The notes: generated by a model from the sequence alone, not told the origin. A DNA stretch of 64,000 nucleotides from an uncultured Gammaproteobacteria bacterium (GCA_964608405.1 CAZSNC010000001.1:18667-82666); one strand, 5' to 3'. Shown: positions 16,966-26,755, counted from the stretch's first letter. Numbers and translations: made by a program.

Positions 16966-17898
16966 TTAAGCTCTAAGACTCAGGCTTTTTTCACCCAAGG
17001 CGGCTTCAATAATCTTCACTGATTTTTCGCCTAAATTTCGTACTTTAACAAGTTTTGCCCTTTCTGCCTTCACCAGGTCTTCAACGGTATCGTAACCGGC
17101 TTTTATTAATGCGTTTGCAACTCTGGTTGGAAGATTTATTTCCTCAACGGATAATTTTCCAACTGGACCCAAATCGTCGCTTTTTGCATCATCTGATACT
17201 TTCTCGACTTTCTTAGGAGACACTATCTGCATGAAATAAGAAACCATAATATTTGCAGCCTTTAAAAGTGCTTGTTTCGGATCAATTGTTCCGTCTGTCC
17301 AGATTTCCAAAACCAAACGGTCATAGTTTGTCAATCTTCCTACACGTGTTTCCTCAACTCTATAATTGACTCTTACAACCGGTGTAAATACGGCATCCAT
17401 CGGAATCACTCCGACTTCTCCGGTTTTCCTGTCATCTGACGAAGAATAACCAACACCCGTCTCCACATCCATTTTTGCATTCAATACAGCATCTTTGTTA
17501 AGGTAAGCCAAAACGAGCTCAGGATTGGCAATTTTGGCAGGAGGATCAATTTTAATATCCTTTGCCTTCACCTCTCCGGCTCCTTTTATTTCAAGGCTGG
17601 CTTTAATAGCTTTATCCTCGTTATAAAAAATTCTGACTTTCTTTAGGTTGAGAAGAAATTCAATAACATCCTCTTTCATTCCTTTGAGGGATGAAAACTG
17701 ATGTTTTACTCCGGCAATCTTTACCCTTGTGATTGCAGTACCGGTCAAACTTGTTAATAAGACTCTTCTTAGTGAATTACCCAACGTATTACCATACCCT
17801 TCTTCCAAAGGACTGATAACAAACTTTGCGTAATTTGCTTTTTTATCTTCTTCTGTTATTTGAAATATCGGTTCGTTCACTTTCTCACCACCTTTCAA
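16966..17898 (-). CDS. rpoA: DNA-directed RNA polymerase subunit alpha
   Basis: 310 aa; N-terminal dimerisation domain and C-terminal alphaCTD (helix-hairpin-helix ...VEEINLPTRVANALIKAGYDTVEDL...). Confidence 0.93.
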   Translation of the reverse strand: MKGGEKVNEPIFQITEEDKKANYAKFVISPLEEGYGNTLGNSLRRVLLTSLTGTAITRVKIAGVKHQFSSLKGMKEDVIEFLLNLKKVRIFYNEDKAIKASLEIKGAGEVKAKDIKIDPPAKIANPELVLAYLNKDAVLNAKMDVETGVGYSSSDDRKTGEVGVIPMDAVFTPVVRVNYRVEETRVGRLTNYDRLVLEIWTDGTIDPKQALLKAANIMVSYFMQIVSPKKVEKVSDDAKSDDLGPVGKLSVEEINLPTRVANALIKAGYDTVEDLVKAERAKLVKVRNLGEKSVKIIEAALGEKSLSLRA

Positions 17899-18018
17899 TT
17901 TGTTTTATCTATTTTTTTCGCTCAACCCTAAGGGAATTATCCTCGAGTTTGAACGAAAAATTCCACAAGACTCGTAAACCCATGGAAGTTTACCATAGGC
18001 ACGATGCTTATGGAAGCC

Positions 18019-18621
18019 TCATCTCGAATAATACTCAACAATATCCTGTTCCGCTATCGGTTCCGTAATATCTTCTCTAACTGGATTTCGAACAATTTTA
18101 CCTATAATTCCTTTTCTCTCAAGCCAAGACGGGGCTTTAAAATTCTTATTGCTTGTCAGTTTTACTACCGACGGAATATTTACCCCCTTTGCAGACAGTG
18201 TTACAACATCGTCTTTCTTTACCTGATACGAAGGTATGTTTACTTTTTTCGAATTCACCCTCACATGCCCATGCGAGACAAATTGTCTTGCAGCTACCCT
18301 TGTCGGGGCTAATCCGAGTCGGTATATCACATTATCAAGACGTCTTTCCAAAAGCGATAGTAATACTTCACCCGTATTTCCGCGGGATTTCAATGCTTTC
18401 TTTGCATATCCCGAAAACTGCCTTTCCAAAATTCCATAAAGTAATTTCACTTTCTGTTTCTCTTTCAGTTGTTTTGCATACTCCGAAGCGGAACGACGTG
18501 ACTTTTTACCTCCGTGCATTCCAGGGGGTACGTTAAGCCTCGTTAACTTTGAACCTTTTCCAAAAAGGTCAAATCCAACCGATCTTGATAGTCTGTCTTT
18601 GGGTCCTGTATATCTTGCCAT
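18019..18621 (-). CDS. rpsD: 30S ribosomal protein S4
   Basis: 200 aa; MARYTGPKDRLSRSVGFDLFGKG N-terminus; S4 RNA-binding domain. Confidence 0.93.
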   Translation of the reverse strand: MARYTGPKDRLSRSVGFDLFGKGSKLTRLNVPPGMHGGKKSRRSASEYAKQLKEKQKVKLLYGILERQFSGYAKKALKSRGNTGEVLLSLLERRLDNVIYRLGLAPTRVAARQFVSHGHVRVNSKKVNIPSYQVKKDDVVTLSAKGVNIPSVVKLTSNKNFKAPSWLERKGIIGKIVRNPVREDITEPIAEQDIVEYYSR

Positions 18622-18634
18622 ATAATTTTATTTT

Positions 18635-19015
18635 TTAAGCTCTTCTTTTCTTCTTCGGCCTTGGTCCATTGTGCGGAATAGGCGTCATATCAGCAATCAT
18701 CGAAATTCTTAAATTTGCACTTCTAACCGCACGCAATGCCGCATCCCTTCCGACACCTGGTCCTTTGACATATATTTCAACTTCCTGAAGACCGTTTTCG
18801 GCAACTGCCTTTCCCAAAGCTTTTTCAACAGCAGAGGTTGCGGCGAAAGGAGTTGATTTTCTTGTTCCTTTAAAACCGGTATTACCTGAAGAGCTCCAGG
18901 AAATTACACCGCCGTTTTCATCGGTTACCGTAACCAGAGTATTATTAAATGACGCGGAAATATAAAGTTTCCCTTTTTCGACCTGTTGTTTTAATTTTTT
19001 CTTTTCTTCACTCAT
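18635..19015 (-). CDS. rpsK: 30S ribosomal protein S11
   Basis: 126 aa; conserved ...PHNGPRPKKKRRA C-terminus. Confidence 0.93.
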   Translation of the reverse strand: MSEEKKKLKQQVEKGKLYISASFNNTLVTVTDENGGVISWSSSGNTGFKGTRKSTPFAATSAVEKALGKAVAENGLQEVEIYVKGPGVGRDAALRAVRSANLRISMIADMTPIPHNGPRPKKKRRA

Positions 19016-19025
19016 AGATTATTTA

Positions 19026-19421
19026 TTATTGAGCTTTCTCAACCTTTGCCAAAATGTCTTTCTTAAAAGCTCCGATTGTCTTTCTTTTGCCTCTTTTTGT
19101 ACGGGCATTGTGTCGAGTTCTCTGACCTCTGGCCGGAAGGTTTCTGGAATGTCTCAATCCCCTAAAAGAGCCGATCTGCTGAAGTCTGGCCACATTTGAC
19201 CTCACTTGCCTTAGCAAATCTCCTTCAATAGGAATTTTTTCTATTGTTTCGGTAATTTTTGAAATATCACCAGGTGTCAAATCACGTACTCTTTTTTCTA
19301 AAGGTAATCCAACATCTGACATTATTTTTTCCGCAAGCGGCATTCCAACACCTTTAATAGTAGTCAATGAATATACCACTCTGTCTTTATCGTTTAATTC
19401 GTGTCCTGCAATTCTTGCCAT
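19026..19421 (-). CDS. rpsM: 30S ribosomal protein S13
   Basis: 131 aa; MARIAGHELNDKDRVVYSLTTIKGVG N-terminus. Confidence 0.93.
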   Translation of the reverse strand: MARIAGHELNDKDRVVYSLTTIKGVGMPLAEKIMSDVGLPLEKRVRDLTPGDISKITETIEKIPIEGDLLRQVRSNVARLQQIGSFRGLRHSRNLPARGQRTRHNARTKRGKRKTIGAFKKDILAKVEKAQ

Positions 19422-19442
19422 ATTTTAAATATTGATAGGGAA

Positions 19443-19556
19443 TTAACCCTGCCTCTGTTTATGTCTGGGATTTTTACAAATCACATACAATACACCTTTT
19501 CTTTTAACAAATTTACAATCCTTACACCTTGGTTTTATTGACGATTGAACTTTCAT
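19443..19556 (-). CDS. rpmJ: 50S ribosomal protein L36
   Basis: Not in the ORF track (too short). Hand translation of the minus strand gives [37 protein letters not shown] (37 aa), the canonical L36 zinc-ribbon (C-x2-C...C...H), in the expected slot between infA and rpsM. Confidence 0.85.
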   Translation of the reverse strand: MKVQSSIKPRCKDCKFVKRKGVLYVICKNPRHKQRQG

Positions 19557-19606
19557 ATACTTTATTATTTACTTCAAAGCAAAAAGTACGGGAGAATTAA
19601 TGGGCT

Positions 19607-19825
19607 TTAATACTTAAAGACTATCCTTCCCCGATCGATGTCGTATTTTGTCATCTCGACTTTTACCCTATCTCCCGGAAAAATCCTTATATAATTCTTC
19701 CTCATCTTGCCTGTCAGTGTTGTTAAGAGTACTCTTCCGTCATCAAGCTCAACCCTAAACATTGTGTTAGGTAAAGCTTGAGTCACCTTACCGTTAAATG
19801 TACTTACTGCTTCGTTTTTACTCAT
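19607..19825 (-). CDS. infA: translation initiation factor IF-1
   Basis: S1-like OB fold ...GKVTQALPNTMFRVELDDGRVLLTTLTGKMRKNYIRIFPGDRVKVEMTKYDIDRGRIVFKY. The ORF track extends to 19855, but the internal MSKNEAV start gives the canonical 72-aa length. Confidence 0.85.
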   Translation of the reverse strand: MSKNEAVSTFNGKVTQALPNTMFRVELDDGRVLLTTLTGKMRKNYIRIFPGDRVKVEMTKYDIDRGRIVFKY

Positions 19826-19865
19826 ACCACACCTTTCAAAAGAAAAACCGGGCATCGCGCCGGCT

Positions 19866-20621
19866 TTATCTTGTTACCACCAAACTTCCTTTCTCCGTCA
19901 CAACAACAGTCTCTTCGTAAAGTGCTGATATTTTATCATCACTGGTTACGATTGTCCACCCGTCCTTTGCATACTTAATTCCTCCACCACCTATTGTATA
20001 TATTACTTCTACGGCGAGTGCTGCACCAACCTTAATTTCAGGGGTCTCCTCTCTCTTTTCAAAGGAAAATTGCGGAATCTGAGGGTCTTCATGAAGATCC
20101 CTACCTACTCCGTGTCCAACCAACAGCCTGACTGGATTACAACCCCCTTCTTGAAGCCCTTTTTCTATAGCTTTGGAAATATCGTAAATTCTATTACCTG
20201 CAACAACTTTCGAAACGGCGCTTTCCAAAGTATTTTTACCTGTATATAGAAATTTTTGGATATCAGAGGCCACTTCAAGTCCTTTTGAAAACGACGTATC
20301 GGTATTAAATCCTTTATAAAAAAGTCCCACATCAACACTTACCACATCTCCTTTTTTGAATACCATCTCTTTTGTGGGAATACCGTGAACAATTCCCTCA
20401 TTTGTGTTAATGCATGTTGCCCAGTGATATTTCGGAACCCTGCTAAAACCAGGTTCCCCACCTGATTTTTTTATAAGTTTAATTGCCAATTCTTCAACTT
20501 CCCAAGCACTGACCCCGATATTGACCTTTTCTTCCAGCTTATGCTTCACTTCCGAAAGATATTTACCACCTTCAACCATCAACTCCAATTCTTCTTTTGT
20601 TTTCAGCTTAATTTTTTCCAT
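19866..20621 (-). CDS. map: type I methionine aminopeptidase
   Basis: 251 aa; pita-bread fold with metal ligands (D..D..H..E..E pattern); conserved position after adk in the spc/alpha cluster. Confidence 0.9.
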   Translation of the reverse strand: MEKIKLKTKEELELMVEGGKYLSEVKHKLEEKVNIGVSAWEVEELAIKLIKKSGGEPGFSRVPKYHWATCINTNEGIVHGIPTKEMVFKKGDVVSVDVGLFYKGFNTDTSFSKGLEVASDIQKFLYTGKNTLESAVSKVVAGNRIYDISKAIEKGLQEGGCNPVRLLVGHGVGRDLHEDPQIPQFSFEKREETPEIKVGAALAVEVIYTIGGGGIKYAKDGWTIVTSDDKISALYEETVVVTEKGSLVVTR

Positions 20622-21255
20622 TTATCTTTTCGATTGATTTCACGATATCCTTAAATATCTCACTAATTGGACGTTCACCATTAATTCGAGTTAACTCGCC
20701 TTTGTCTTCAAGATATTCGATTAATTCCTTTGTATTCTTCTTGTAATAATCAAACCTCACCTCAATTGACTTCGGGTTGTCATCCTCCCGTTGTATAAGA
20801 GTACCACCACAAATACATTCACCCTCTTTGGAAGGAGGGTTCGTTAACAGGTTATAAACTTTTTTACATATAGGACAGATTCTTCTTGCCGACATCCTTC
20901 TTATAGCCTCTTTTTTACTTACATCGATCGAAATGACTAAGTTAATTTTTTTTCCTTTTGTTTTTAAGAAGTTATACAACGCATCATATTGCGAGACAAA
21001 CCGAGGAAAACCCTCAAATAAAATATTATCCAGATCACGCTTCATATCTTTCAGATGATCTAAAACATACATCGTCATTTCTTCCTGTGGAACCAATTTT
21101 CCTGAATTTAATATTTCCCTTAACCTCTCATTTTTCTCCGCTAATTTTCTTGCCATATCACCCGTCTGGAGGTAGTAAAATCCGTATTTTTTCACCAGAA
21201 GTTCGGACTGGGTCCCTTTACCCGATGCTGGTGACCCTAAAACAATAATATTCAT
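20608..21255 (-). CDS. adk: adenylate kinase (long form with Zn-binding lid)
   Basis: P-loop GSPASGKGTQSE; lid domain with C-x2-C...C-x-C (CPICKKVY...CICGG). Confidence 0.92.
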   Translation of the reverse strand: MNIIVLGSPASGKGTQSELLVKKYGFYYLQTGDMARKLAEKNERLREILNSGKLVPQEEMTMYVLDHLKDMKRDLDNILFEGFPRFVSQYDALYNFLKTKGKKINLVISIDVSKKEAIRRMSARRICPICKKVYNLLTNPPSKEGECICGGTLIQREDDNPKSIEVRFDYYKKNTKELIEYLEDKGELTRINGERPISEIFKDIVKSIEKINGKN

Positions 21256-21266
21256 AAAGCAAAGAC

Positions 21267-22550
21267 CTATCTTTGTAAAAACGAATCGTATCTTTTCATA
21301 ACTAACTGTGACTGTAAATCACGCGTTATCTCCAAAACAACCGAGACGACGATGAGAATTCCGGTTCCCCCAACTGCGAGGTTGGAAACACCGATAAACT
21401 TCTGGAAAAGTGAAGGCATAATTGCAATAAACCCCAAAAACAAAGCCCCTGCAAATGTAATTCTTGTCAACACCTTATTCAAATATTCAACCGTCTGCTG
21501 ACCGGGTCTTATGCCAGGAATAAAACCGCCGTTTTTTTGCAGATTTTCGGAAATTTTTTGTGGATTGAAAACAACCGAAGTGTAAAAATACGTAAAACCG
21601 AAAACTAAAACAAAATATGTAACATTGTATAAAATCGATTGATCACTGAAAAGCCTTGCCAAATCCGATGCAAGCTGGGCAATTTTTTGGTTTCCCACTC
21701 CTGAAAGAAATTGTCCTAAAAGAGAAGGAAGTAAAACCAAAGATACCGCAAAAATAATTGGGATTACCCCCGCTTGGTTTAAACGCAGTGGTAAATACGA
21801 TGATCCGACACTTACCCTTGACCCCCTTCTTGCATAGTTGATGGGGATTTGTCTTGTTGCTTCATTCATAAAAACCACTTGTGCAACGATAAGTACGGCA
21901 AGTACTAAAAAAATGATTATCTTCATAATATCCTGCCCTTGTGTTATAGAAGCCGACTGTGCAACTGTAATAGGCAATCTGGCTACAATTCCGGCAAAGA
22001 TCAAAAACGAAACACCATTACCTATTCCGTATTCGGTAATCAACTCTCCCAACCAAACAGAGATCATTGCCCCAACCGTCATCGTAAGAATAAGAGCAAT
22101 TAAACCCACAACACCTAAATTCGGTATTACATTCTGACTTTTAAGAAGAGAATACATTCCAAATGCTTGAAATAGTGCCAATGGGACACTGATAAATCTT
22201 GTATATTGGTTAATTTTCTCCTGCCCATATTCTCCTTCCTTTGATAACTCTTCAAATTTCGGAATTACATACGTCAGAAGCTGCATGATGATCGAAGCGT
22301 TGATATAGGGTCCCAACCCAAGTGCCAGTATTGAAAAATTTGCTAAAGTTCCACCGGAAAATACATCCAATAATGAAAGCATCTGACTTCCGGAAAACAG
22401 CATTTTCAAAGAATTTCTGTCGATACCTGTTGCAGGGATATGAGCCAACAATCTGAAGAAGATTAGAATCAACAAAGTAATAATTACTTTCCTTCTGATT
22501 TCTTTAGACTTAAAAAGGTTGATAAAAAAACTTATTATTTCGGAGAACAT
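21267..22550 (-). CDS. secY: preprotein translocase subunit SecY
   Basis: 427 aa, 10-TM topology, conserved SecY plug/hinge regions; canonical position after rplO. Confidence 0.93.
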   Translation of the reverse strand: MFSEIISFFINLFKSKEIRRKVIITLLILIFFRLLAHIPATGIDRNSLKMLFSGSQMLSLLDVFSGGTLANFSILALGLGPYINASIIMQLLTYVIPKFEELSKEGEYGQEKINQYTRFISVPLALFQAFGMYSLLKSQNVIPNLGVVGLIALILTMTVGAMISVWLGELITEYGIGNGVSFLIFAGIVARLPITVAQSASITQGQDIMKIIIFLVLAVLIVAQVVFMNEATRQIPINYARRGSRVSVGSSYLPLRLNQAGVIPIIFAVSLVLLPSLLGQFLSGVGNQKIAQLASDLARLFSDQSILYNVTYFVLVFGFTYFYTSVVFNPQKISENLQKNGGFIPGIRPGQQTVEYLNKVLTRITFAGALFLGFIAIMPSLFQKFIGVSNLAVGGTGILIVVSVVLEITRDLQSQLVMKRYDSFLQR

Positions 22551-22616
22551 ACTGGGTATAATTCTACATTGAACGCCCGTTGATTTACAGAGTCAACGAT
22601 ATCTGCGGATATACAT

Positions 22617-23057
22617 TTATTTTGCCAATATTTTTCCGCCGGCACTTTCAATTTTTTTTGAAGCCGATTGCGAAATAGGCAAGACAATTGTAAATTTCTT
22701 TTCGACTTCAGTATTTCCTAAAATTTTCACTCCATTAATAAGGGCCTCCTTACCTACAACATTGTGTTCTATCAAATATTTAATATCTACTTTTCCCGCA
22801 GGTATACGATTGAGTGTCTTCAAACTCACAATTATCGGTTTAACTTTCGCTCTAAATTTATCTTTCCCTCTTAAGAAAGGAAGCCTTTTAATAAAGGATT
22901 TTTTAACTTTTACACCTTCAAAAAGAATACTTAATTTCTTCCTTGTCTTTTGCCCTTTCTGTCCCTTCCCGACGGTGTGACCGCCCTTACCACTTCCGTA
23001 ACCACGTCCAAGCCTTTTTCTTCTTTTCCCTACTACTTTTAAGTTTTTATTTTTCAT
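22617..23057 (-). CDS. rplO: 50S ribosomal protein L15
   Basis: 146 aa; Gly/Lys/Arg-rich N-terminus (KRRKRLGRGYGSGKGGHTVGKGQKG). Confidence 0.92.
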   Translation of the reverse strand: MKNKNLKVVGKRRKRLGRGYGSGKGGHTVGKGQKGQKTRKKLSILFEGVKVKKSFIKRLPFLRGKDKFRAKVKPIIVSLKTLNRIPAGKVDIKYLIEHNVVGKEALINGVKILGNTEVEKKFTIVLPISQSASKKIESAGGKILAK

Positions 23058-23058
23058 A

Positions 23059-23535
23059 TCACTTTTCCTCCTTTTTCAGTTTATGAATAGTATCGTAATG
23101 TGCCAACCTTTTTAACGCATTCAACGTTGCATAAACGTTTGATGCTTTATTTTTCGTTCCCAATATCTTCCCGACGGCATTTTTTACCCCTGCCGCCTCC
23201 AAAATAACACGTATTGCTCCCCCCGCAATGATTCCAGATCCGTCGGGAGCCGGTTTTACCAAAACCCTTGCGGCCGAATATTTTTCGTTTACCAAATAGG
23301 GAATGGTATTGCCTTTTAGCGGTACTGTAAACATTCTTCTTTTTGCCGCTGAAATTGATTTTTGGATTGCACCGGAAACATCACCTGATTTGGCAAGTCC
23401 CAAACCCACCTTGCCTTTTCTGTCTCCAACTACAACAAGAGCTGAAAAACTTACTGCATTCCCGCCTTTTGTTTTTTTGGAAACTCTCTTTATCTCAATT
23501 ACTGTTTCAGAAAACTCACTTGTATTTCCTTCCAT
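23059..23535 (-). CDS. rpsE: 30S ribosomal protein S5
   Basis: Conserved ...IKRVSKKTKGGNAVSFSALVVVGDRKGKVGLGLAKS...GGAIRVILEAAG core. The ORF track starts at 23574, but that would overlap rplR by 38 nt; the internal MEGNTSEF start at 23535 abuts the rplR stop. The start is uncertain by 13 codons. Confidence 0.88.
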   Translation of the reverse strand: MEGNTSEFSETVIEIKRVSKKTKGGNAVSFSALVVVGDRKGKVGLGLAKSGDVSGAIQKSISAAKRRMFTVPLKGNTIPYLVNEKYSAARVLVKPAPDGSGIIAGGAIRVILEAAGVKNAVGKILGTKNKASNVYATLNALKRLAHYDTIHKLKKEEK

Positions 23536-23536
23536 A

Positions 23537-23887
23537 TTAAAAATATAATCCTCCTTTTCTTGCACCTTCGGCAACGGCTTTTACTCTACCATGGTATTTA
23601 TAACCACTTCTGTCGAAAGCCACCGTTTTTATTCCCTTCTTCACTGCTTTTTCCGCAATTTTTTCTCCTACTAACAAGGCCGCTTCCGTTTTACTCGATT
23701 TTTTACCTTTTGCTTCCTTACCAAGATCTCCAACGGAAACAAGAGTAGTACCTTTTTTATCATCAATAAGCTGCGCGTAGATATGCTTATTGGAACGATG
23801 TACAGAAAGTCTTATCTTTCCGGAACTTTTTACCATTTTTCCTCTTATCCTTTTTTGCCTTTTTAAAAACGATTTCTTCTTTTCCAT
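23537..23887 (-). CDS. rplR: 50S ribosomal protein L18
   Basis: 116 aa; ...RLSVHRSNKHIYAQLIDD... 5S rRNA-binding core. Confidence 0.92.
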   Translation of the reverse strand: MEKKKSFLKRQKRIRGKMVKSSGKIRLSVHRSNKHIYAQLIDDKKGTTLVSVGDLGKEAKGKKSSKTEAALLVGEKIAEKAVKKGIKTVAFDRSGYKYHGRVKAVAEGARKGGLYF

Positions 23888-23890
23888 ATA

Positions 23891-24436
23891 TTATGCTTGT
23901 GTTTTTGCCGCTTTACCGGCTTTTCTTCTTATTACTTCATCGGTATATTTTATACCTTTGCCTTTGTACGGCTCCGGTGGACGAACAGATCTTATTTTGG
24001 CAGAAATTTCCCCTACCAATTCTTTATCCTGCCCCTCAATGGTAATTATCGATTTCTCCAGTTTAAAAGTAATACCCTCAGGACAGGCAATCTTAACTGG
24101 GTGGGAAAAACCAACAGTCAGGTTCAAATCTTTACCTTGTATCTCCGCCCTATAACCAACTCCAACCAATTCTAGAGTTTTACTCCATCCTTCCGATACC
24201 CCTTTAATCATGTTAAAAAGATGTGATCTGAAAGTACCCCAATTAACAAGTGCCCTTTCCGATTTTGATATCGGGGCAACAGTTGCAGCGTCTCCCTCAA
24301 TTTTGATCGAAAGAAGTCTTTCAGGGTACGGCCTTTTCAGCTCTCCTTTTGGCCCTTTGACAGAAAGATATCCCCCCTGGGTGTCAATTTGAACACCTTG
24401 TGGAATAACTATCGGTTTTTTTCCAACTTTACTCAT
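23891..24436 (-). CDS. rplF: 50S ribosomal protein L6
   Basis: Two-domain L6; the likely start MSKVGKKPIVIPQGV (internal Met of the ORF-track ORF 23891..24472) avoids overlap with rpsH. Confidence 0.9.
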   Translation of the reverse strand: MSKVGKKPIVIPQGVQIDTQGGYLSVKGPKGELKRPYPERLLSIKIEGDAATVAPISKSERALVNWGTFRSHLFNMIKGVSEGWSKTLELVGVGYRAEIQGKDLNLTVGFSHPVKIACPEGITFKLEKSIITIEGQDKELVGEISAKIRSVRPPEPYKGKGIKYTDEVIRRKAGKAAKTQA

Positions 24437-24440
24437 ATTT

Positions 24441-24818
24441 TTAATGAATTTCTGCAATAATTTCTCCACCAATATTTTTCTTTACTGCTTCTTTGGATGT
24501 CATAACCCCCTGTGGAGTTGAGACCAAAAAAAATGACGGTCCTTTGTGTTCATGAAGTTCGTCGGAACCAGCATAAACTCTCTTACCGGGCTTGGAAATA
24601 AGTTTCAGCTGTAGTATTGCCGGTTCTTTCTTAAAATAAGCAACCTTTACAACTAAATTATTCTCAACTTTCTTTATTTCGCTCAGGCATTTTTCTTTCT
24701 TTAAAACCTCGGAGACACTGTATACCAATTTTGAATAAGGCACTTCAACATCCTTGCGTCTCGCCAAAGCAGCATTTTTCACCTTGATTAAGAAATCTCC
24801 TACAGGGTAATTTGTCAT
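24441..24818 (-). CDS. rpsH: 30S ribosomal protein S8
   Basis: 125 aa; MTNYPVGDFLIKVKNAALA N-terminus aligns with S8 MSMQDPIADMLTRIRNGQ. Confidence 0.93.
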   Translation of the reverse strand: MTNYPVGDFLIKVKNAALARRKDVEVPYSKLVYSVSEVLKKEKCLSEIKKVENNLVVKVAYFKKEPAILQLKLISKPGKRVYAGSDELHEHKGPSFFLVSTPQGVMTSKEAVKKNIGGEIIAEIH

Positions 24819-24821
24819 AGG

Positions 24822-25007
24822 TTACCAACTGGCCTTTCTAACACCCGGAACTTCCCCACGGTGTGCATATTCACGAAAACAGAGTCTACATATTCCGAAT
24901 TTACGCATATACCCTCTCGCCCTGCCACAAAAAGTACACCTGTTGGTGTATCTAGTTTTGTATTTTAATTTTTTCGTTTCGCGAATTTCTTTTGTTTTTG
25001 TTGCCAT
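24822..25007 (-). CDS. rpsZ: 30S ribosomal protein S14 type Z (zinc-binding)
   Basis: 61 aa with C-x2-C...C-x2-C ([20 protein letters not shown]). Confidence 0.93.
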   Translation of the reverse strand: MATKTKEIRETKKLKYKTRYTNRCTFCGRARGYMRKFGICRLCFREYAHRGEVPGVRKASW

Positions 25008-25013
25008 AAATAT

Positions 25014-25559
25014 TTAATTTTTTTCAAAGGGCATGCCCAACAACTCCAATAACCTAAATGATTCTTTGACCGAACCAGATTTTATCACAACCGTAATTTC
25101 CATTCCTCTCGGGACCGATTTCGTTATGTCTATTTCGGGAAATATATTATATTCAACAACACCAAGCGTATAATTTCCGGCTTTATCGAAACTGTCTCTT
25201 TTGACACCACGGAAATCTCTTAAACGCGGTAAAACTATAGCAAACAATTTATCCAAAAAATCATACATTTTCACTCCCCTTAGCGTAACTTTTAACCCAA
25301 CAGGGGATCCTTTCCGAAGCGCAAAACTTGCGACGGAAACCCTCGCCCTTCTAACACTCGGGCTTTGTCCGGATATTGCGGCAATGTCATTCTTTATGCG
25401 TTCAAATGCTTCCTTGTTTTTTTGAGTATCACCAACACCTGAATTTATAACAACTTTGACTATTTTAGGAACCTGCATAACGTTTTTGATACCAAACTCG
25501 TCAATAAGCTGCTTCACAACTTCTTTCTGATATTTTTCTTTTAATCTTGATTTAATCAT
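25014..25559 (-). CDS. rplE: 50S ribosomal protein L5
   Basis: 181 aa; conserved L5 core (…NVMQVPKIVKVVINSGVG…). Confidence 0.93.
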   Translation of the reverse strand: MIKSRLKEKYQKEVVKQLIDEFGIKNVMQVPKIVKVVINSGVGDTQKNKEAFERIKNDIAAISGQSPSVRRARVSVASFALRKGSPVGLKVTLRGVKMYDFLDKLFAIVLPRLRDFRGVKRDSFDKAGNYTLGVVEYNIFPEIDITKSVPRGMEITVVIKSGSVKESFRLLELLGMPFEKN

Positions 25560-25560
25560 A

Positions 25561-25878
25561 TTATTTCTTTAACACAATCTCTTTATTGCACTTCTTACAA
25601 AATCTAACCTTCTCTTTACCCGCCAATCTAAAACCTACCCTTGTCTCTTTTGAACAATTCGGACAAACCAACATAAATTTTGAAAATGAAATTGGGCGTG
25701 GGATTGATACTATTCCCCCCTTCTGACCAGAACTGGGCTTAATGTGCTTTTTGTACTCATTAAGTCCGGGAATTACAGCCAGAGCATCTTTTGGATAAAT
25801 CTTTTCAATAACACCACTTCTGCCTTTATCTTTTCCTGAAATAATATTTACTTTGTCGTGTACTTTGTATTTCAACAT
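25561..25878 (-). CDS. rplX: 50S ribosomal protein L24 with C-terminal zinc-ribbon extension
   Basis: KOW motif (HDKVNIISGKDKGRSG) plus an extra CPNCSKETRVGFR...CKKCNKEI tail. Confidence 0.9.
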   Translation of the reverse strand: MLKYKVHDKVNIISGKDKGRSGVIEKIYPKDALAVIPGLNEYKKHIKPSSGQKGGIVSIPRPISFSKFMLVCPNCSKETRVGFRLAGKEKVRFCKKCNKEIVLKK

Positions 25879-25884
25879 ATTTTT

Positions 25885-26250
25885 TTAAACAACTTCACGG
25901 GCAAGCGATGCAATCTTCGCATATCCGGCATCTTTGACTTCCCTTGCTACCGGTCCCAATATTCTTGTACCTCTGGGAAAACCTTGTTTGTCAATAACAA
26001 CTCCTGCGTTATCGTCAAAACGCAAATAGGTTCCGTCTTTCCTTCGGTATTCTTTCCTTGTTCTGACAATTAAAACGTTTACTTTTTCCTTGTCGACAAC
26101 TATCCCGTTAGGATCAGCTCCGTGAACAACACAGTTAACAACATCTCCCAATGTTGCGTATTTCCCGATCTTATGGGATATTCCGTAAACCATAAAGCCC
26201 TTTGCTCCGGAATTATCCGCTGGAACCAATACTGTTCTTATCTGAATCAT
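25885..26250 (-). CDS. rplN: 50S ribosomal protein L14
   Basis: Canonical [17 protein letters not shown] start (internal Met of the ORF-track ORF 25885..26298), which avoids overlap with rpsQ. Confidence 0.92.
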   Translation of the reverse strand: MIQIRTVLVPADNSGAKGFMVYGISHKIGKYATLGDVVNCVVHGADPNGIVVDKEKVNVLIVRTRKEYRRKDGTYLRFDDNAGVVIDKQGFPRGTRILGPVAREVKDAGYAKIASLAREVV

Positions 26251-26254
26251 ATCC

Positions 26255-26506
26255 TTATTTTTTACCGCCTTTCGCTTTTTTACTTTTTGAATCAACAATT
26301 TTCCACTTCTTTATTTTACTGAATGGCTTCGATGCTACAAAATTTACAACATCGCCGACTTTATGCTGGAATTCGTCATGAACGTGGTATTTCTTCGCTC
26401 TGACAAATCTTTTTCCGTAAAGTTTGTGCATATGCATTCCGCTAACCAAGACCGTTGCAGTCTTTTCCATTTTTGTCGATATTATTTTTCCTGTAAATAT
26501 TTTCAT
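26255..26506 (-). CDS. rpsQ: 30S ribosomal protein S17
   Basis: 83 aa OB-fold; ...[16 protein letters not shown]... Confidence 0.92.
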   Translation of the reverse strand: MKIFTGKIISTKMEKTATVLVSGMHMHKLYGKRFVRAKKYHVHDEFQHKVGDVVNFVASKPFSKIKKWKIVDSKSKKAKGGKK

Positions 26507-26511
26507 AATAA

Positions 26512-26754
26512 TTATTCTTTCACTTCACTTTCTTTTTTCACTTCACTTTCTTTTTCCTCAAACTTTTTAAGTCTGATAATTGTTTTTATTTGAGCAATTT
26601 TTTTATTTATATTTTTGGCTTTTTTCAAATTCTTCTCACGCCCAGACTGGATATTAAGCTTTGTTTTATTGTAGTCAAGCAATAAAGCCTCAAGCTCTTT
26701 TTCCAATTCACCAATCTTTTTAAGATTATAGCTTTTTAAATCCTTTTTTTTCAT
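26512..26754 (-). CDS. rpmC: 50S ribosomal protein L29 (with short repeated Glu/Lys C-terminal tail)
   Basis: 80 aa; MKKKDLKSYNLKKIGELEKELEALLLDYNKTKLNIQSG; the 3' end carries an 18-bp tandem duplication (KKESEVK x2). Confidence 0.9.
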   Translation of the reverse strand: MKKKDLKSYNLKKIGELEKELEALLLDYNKTKLNIQSGREKNLKKAKNINKKIAQIKTIIRLKKFEEKESEVKKESEVKE

Positions 26755-26755
26755 A

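Noticed and set aside
22551-22616. Possible internal promoter upstream of secY (TTGACT ... TTCAAT on the minus strand)
   Set aside because: The -10 candidate lacks the invariant A at position 2, and alternative hexamers have poor spacing. It cannot be distinguished from background AT-rich sequence.
23537-23574. 38-nt rpsE/rplR overlap and 32-nt rplF/rpsH overlap as unusual translational coupling
   Set aside because: In both cases the downstream gene has a canonical-length internal start (MEGNTSEF for S5; MSKVGKKP for L6) that removes the overlap and matches ortholog N-termini.
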